Below are positions 59,785 through 64,000 of a stretch of 64,000 nt of DNA, piece by piece (position 1 is the first letter of the stretch; every line of letters begins with the position of its first letter). The stretch comes from Chrysomallon squamiferum (taxonomy: Eukaryota > Animalia > Mollusca): NCBI GenBank assembly GCA_012295275.1, contig CM022676.1:11036001-11100000 (forward strand), in the 5' to 3' direction. The position numbers were made by a program, and so were the translations under genes. Below the pieces are notes generated by a model. That model was not told the DNA's origin and made no database searches. It saw nothing but the letters and a program-made list of their open reading frames with translations.

Positions 59785-60520
59785 ATATCAGAGTTGAAAA
59801 TGTAAGAATTCTTGTTTATGTTGTATATCAGAGTTGAAAATGTAAGAATTCTTGTTTATGTTGTATATAGGAGTTGAAACTGTAAGAATTCTCGTTTATG
59901 TTGTATGTGAGAGTTGAAAATGTAAGAATTCTTGTTTATGTTGTATATAGGGGTTGAAACTGTAAGAATTTTTGTTTATGTTGTATATAGGGGTTGAAAC
60001 TGTACGAATTTTTGTTTATGTTGTATATAGGAGTTGAAACTGTAAGAATTTTTGTTTATGTTGTATATAGGGGTTGAAACTGTAAGAATTCTTGTTTATG
60101 TTGTATAAAGGAGTTGAAACTGTAAGAATTCTTGTTTATGTTGTATATAGGGGTTGAAACTGTAAGAATTCTTGTTTATGTTGTATAAAGGAGTTGAAAC
60201 TGTAAGAATTCTTGTTTATGTTGTATTTAGGAGTTGAAACTGTAAGAATTCTTGTTTATGTTGTATATAGGGGTTGAAACTGTAAGAATGTTTGTTTATG
60301 TTGTATATAGGGGTTGAAACTGTACGAATTTTTGTTTATGTTGTATATAGGAGTTGAAACTGTAAGAATTTTTGTTTATGTTGTATATAGGGGTTGAAAC
60401 TGTAAGAATTCTTGTTTATGTTGTATAAAGGAGTTGAAACTGTAAGAATTCTTGTTTATGTTGTATTTAGGAGTTGAAACTGTAAGAATTCTTGTTTATA
60501 TTGTATATAGGGGTTGAAAG
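59785..60520. repeat. 40-bp minisatellite, about 18 units
   Basis: GRGTTGAAACTGTAAGAATTCTTGTTTATGTTGTATATAG; related to 32690-33080. Confidence 0.9.
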
Positions 60521-61119
60521 TGTGACAATCTGATACATCAGGGTAGATAGTGCAAAAATTAGAAATCAACTTATATCCTATATTACGAATGAAAATATAA
60601 TAATTAAATTTTTTATTTAAAAAACCCTATTAATTTGTAAATGTTAAATCTATTTGAAATAATTAAAATTTCTTTCACTATGTAGTTGTTTGATAATGTA
60701 AGACATTAATGAAATATTTGTATGTATTTTGAATACTACATAAGTGTTTAAAAATGTTATAAATATACATACAGACGCACAAATACAAAAACATCAACAC
60801 ACCAAGTCACATGTATATATTGACACTATTTCAGTGTTTGAAAATGATAGAAATACAGACATACACACTAACATACATATATATGCTACATCAGAGATTG
60901 AAAATATCAGAAACAAAGACATTGAAAAACACACACACATATACAGTATATCAGTGTTTTCAAAATGTTAGAAACACACATAACACACATTTAGTTAAAT
61001 GCTAATATATATATATAACATTATATCAGCATTTGAAAATAAACACAGAGACACACTTACGTAAACAGTATATCTGTGTAAGAAATATACACACATAAGC
61101 ACACATATATAAACACTTT

Positions 61120-63948
61120 ATCAATGTTTGAACATGTGAGAAATACACCCACTAATACACACATATATACTATGTCAGTGTTTGAAAATGTCAGAAATAC
61201 ACCCACTAATACACGCATATATACTATGTCAGTGTTTGAAAGTGTTTGAAAATGTCAGAAATATATACTAATACACGAATATATACTATGTCAGTGTTTG
61301 AAAATGTTAGAAATACACCCACTAATACACACTAATATATATACTATGTCAGTGTTTGAAAATGTTAGAAATACACCCACTAATACACGCATATATACTA
61401 TGTCAATGTTTGAACATGTTAGAAATACACCCAGACCCACTAATACACGAATATATACTATGTCAGTGTTTGAAAATGTCAGAAATACACCCACTAATAC
61501 ACGAATATATACTATGTCAGTGTTTGAAAATGTCAGAAATACACCCACTAATACACGAATATATACTATGTCAGTGTTTGAAAATGTTAGAAATACACCC
61601 ACTAATACACGCATATATACTATGTCAATGGTTGAACATGTTAGAAATACACCCACTAATACACGAATATATACTATGTCAATGTTTGAAAATGTTAGAA
61701 ATACACCCACTAATACACGAATATATACTATGTCAATGTTTGAAAATGTTAGAAATACACCCACTAATACACGCATATATACTATGTCAATGGTTGAACA
61801 TGTTAGAAATACACCCACTAATACACGCATATATACTATGTCAATGTTTAAACATGTTAGAAATACACCCACTAATACACGCATATATACTATGTCAGTG
61901 TTTGAACATGTTAGAAATACACCCACTAATACACGCATATATACTATGTCAATGGTTGAACATGTTAGAAATACACCCACTAATACACGCATATATACTA
62001 TGTCAATGTTTGAAAATGTTAGAAATACACCCACTAATACACGAATATATACTATGTCAATGTTTGAAAATGTTAGAAATACACCCACTAATACACGCAT
62101 ATATACTATGTCAATGGTTGAACATGTTAGAAATATATATACTATGTCAATGTTTGAAAATGTTAGAAATACACCCACTAATACACGCATATATACTATG
62201 TCAATGTTTGAAAATGTTAGAAATACACCCACTAATACACGCATATATACTATGTCAATGTTTAAACATGTTAGAAATACACCCACACCCACTAATACAC
62301 GCATATATACTATGTCAATGTTTAAACATGTTAGAAATACACCCACTAATACACGCATATATACTATGTCAATGTTTGAACATGTTAGAAATACACCCAC
62401 TAATACACGCATATATACTATGTCAATGTTTGAAAATGTCAGAAATACACCCACTAATACACGCATATATACTATGTCAATGTTTGAAAATGTTAGAAAT
62501 ACACCCACTAATACACGCATATATACTATGTCAATGTTTGAAAATGTCAGAAATACACCCAGACCCACTAATACACGCATATATACTATGTCAATGTTTG
62601 AAAATGTTAGAAATACACCCACTAATACACGCATATATACTATGTCAATGTTTGAAAATGTCAGAAATACACCCAGACCCACTAATACACATATATATAT
62701 ACAATGTTTAAACATGTCAATGTTTGAAAATGTTAAAATGTTAGAAATACACCCACTAATACACGCATATATACTATGTCAGTGTTTGAACATGTTAGAA
62801 ATACACCCACTAATACACGCATATATACTATGTGAATGTTTGAAAATGTTAGAAATACACCCACTAATACACGCATATATACTATGTCAATGTTTGAACA
62901 TGTTAGAAATACACCCACTAATACACGCATATATACTATGTCAATGTTTAAACATGTTAGAAATACACCCACTAATACACGCATATATACTATGTCAGTG
63001 TTTGAACATGTTAGAAATACACCCACTAATACACGCATATATACTATGTCAATGGTTGAACATGTTAGAAATACACCCACTAATACACGCATATATACTA
63101 TGTCAGTGTTTGAAAATGTTAGAAATACACCCACTAATACACGCATATATACTATGTCAATGTTTGAAAATGTTAGAAATACACCCACTAATACACGCAT
63201 ATATACTATGTCAGTGTTTGAAAATGTTAGAAATACACCCACTAATACACGCATATATACTATGTCAGTGTTTAAACATGTTAGAAATACACCCACTAAT
63301 ACACGCATATATACTATGTCAGTGTTTGAACATGTTAGAAATACACCCACTAATACACGCATATATACTATGTCAATGTTTGAAAATGTCAGAAATACAC
63401 CCACTAATACACGCATATATACTATGTGAATGTTTGAAAATGTCAGAAATACACCCACTAATACACGCATATATACTATGTCAATGTTTGAAAATGTCAG
63501 AAATACACCCAGACCCACTAATACACGCATATATACTATGTCAATGTTTGAAAATGTTAGAAATACACCCACTAATACACGCATATATACTATGTCAATG
63601 TTTGAAAATGTCAGAAATACACCCAGACCCACTAATACACGCATATATACTATGTCAATGTTTGAACATGTTAGAAATACACCCACTAATACACGCATAT
63701 ATACTATGTCAGTGTTTAAACATGTTAGAAATACACCCACTAATACACGCATATATACTATGTCAGTGTTTGAAAATGTTAGAAATACACCCACTAATAC
63801 ACGAATATATACTATGTCAATGTTTGAAAATGTTAGAAATACACCCACTAATACACGCATATATACTATGTCAATGGTTGAACATGTTAGAAATACACCC
63901 ACTAATACACGCATATATACTATGTCAGTGTTTGAACATGTCAGAAAT
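61120..63948. repeat. 54-bp satellite array, about 52 units
   Basis: AAATACACCCACTAATACACGCATATATACTATGTCAATGTTTGAAAATGTTAG; produces 18-aa-repeat ORFs on both strands. Confidence 0.93.
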
Positions 63949-64000
63949 GCGCACACAACTGGTACAGACAAAATTAATATTTACTTACGTTGTAGTAATA

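Noticed and set aside
61291-63971. Long ORFs (474, 451, 412 and 197 aa) on both strands
   Set aside because: Translations of a 54-bp (18-codon) satellite; they overlap on opposite strands and have no unique sequence.
63983-64000. Minus-strand GTAAGT donor at the window edge, a possible exon of a neighbouring gene
   Set aside because: Only 12 nt of putative exon are visible; unsupported.

Overview
This is AT-rich, microsatellite-dense eukaryotic DNA with GT-AG introns; the composition suggests a mollusc such as a cephalopod (inference only). The window holds a head-to-tail tandem array of one multi-exon gene on the minus strand. Copy A (533-6108) has exons 1-6 and runs off the left edge. Copy B (14098-32400) has an N-gap that hides part of exon 9 and all of exon 10. 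Copy C (35708-53911) shows all 21 coding exons, with two 1-nt homopolymer frameshifts. A deleted remnant of a probable fourth copy lies at about 59450-61100. Manual, phase-consistent splicing gives a secreted protein of about 1,150 aa: signal peptide, D8C/UMOD-like Cys domain, Ig-like region, VWD (GDPH...GLCG...FVNSW), a basic furin-like linker, a C8-like helical domain, EGF, an Ig/TIG-like domain, and a C-terminal fibrinogen-related domain (FReD). In other words, a VWDE-type scaffold capped by a FReD. The paralogs are mosaics of each other, with divergent N-terminal exons and a homogenised FReD end. Introns and spacers hold decayed Tc1/mariner and other DNA-transposon pieces plus many minisatellites (14, 26, 31, 40, 54, 72 and 83/86 bp). 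Most ORFs in the supplied track are repeat artefacts.
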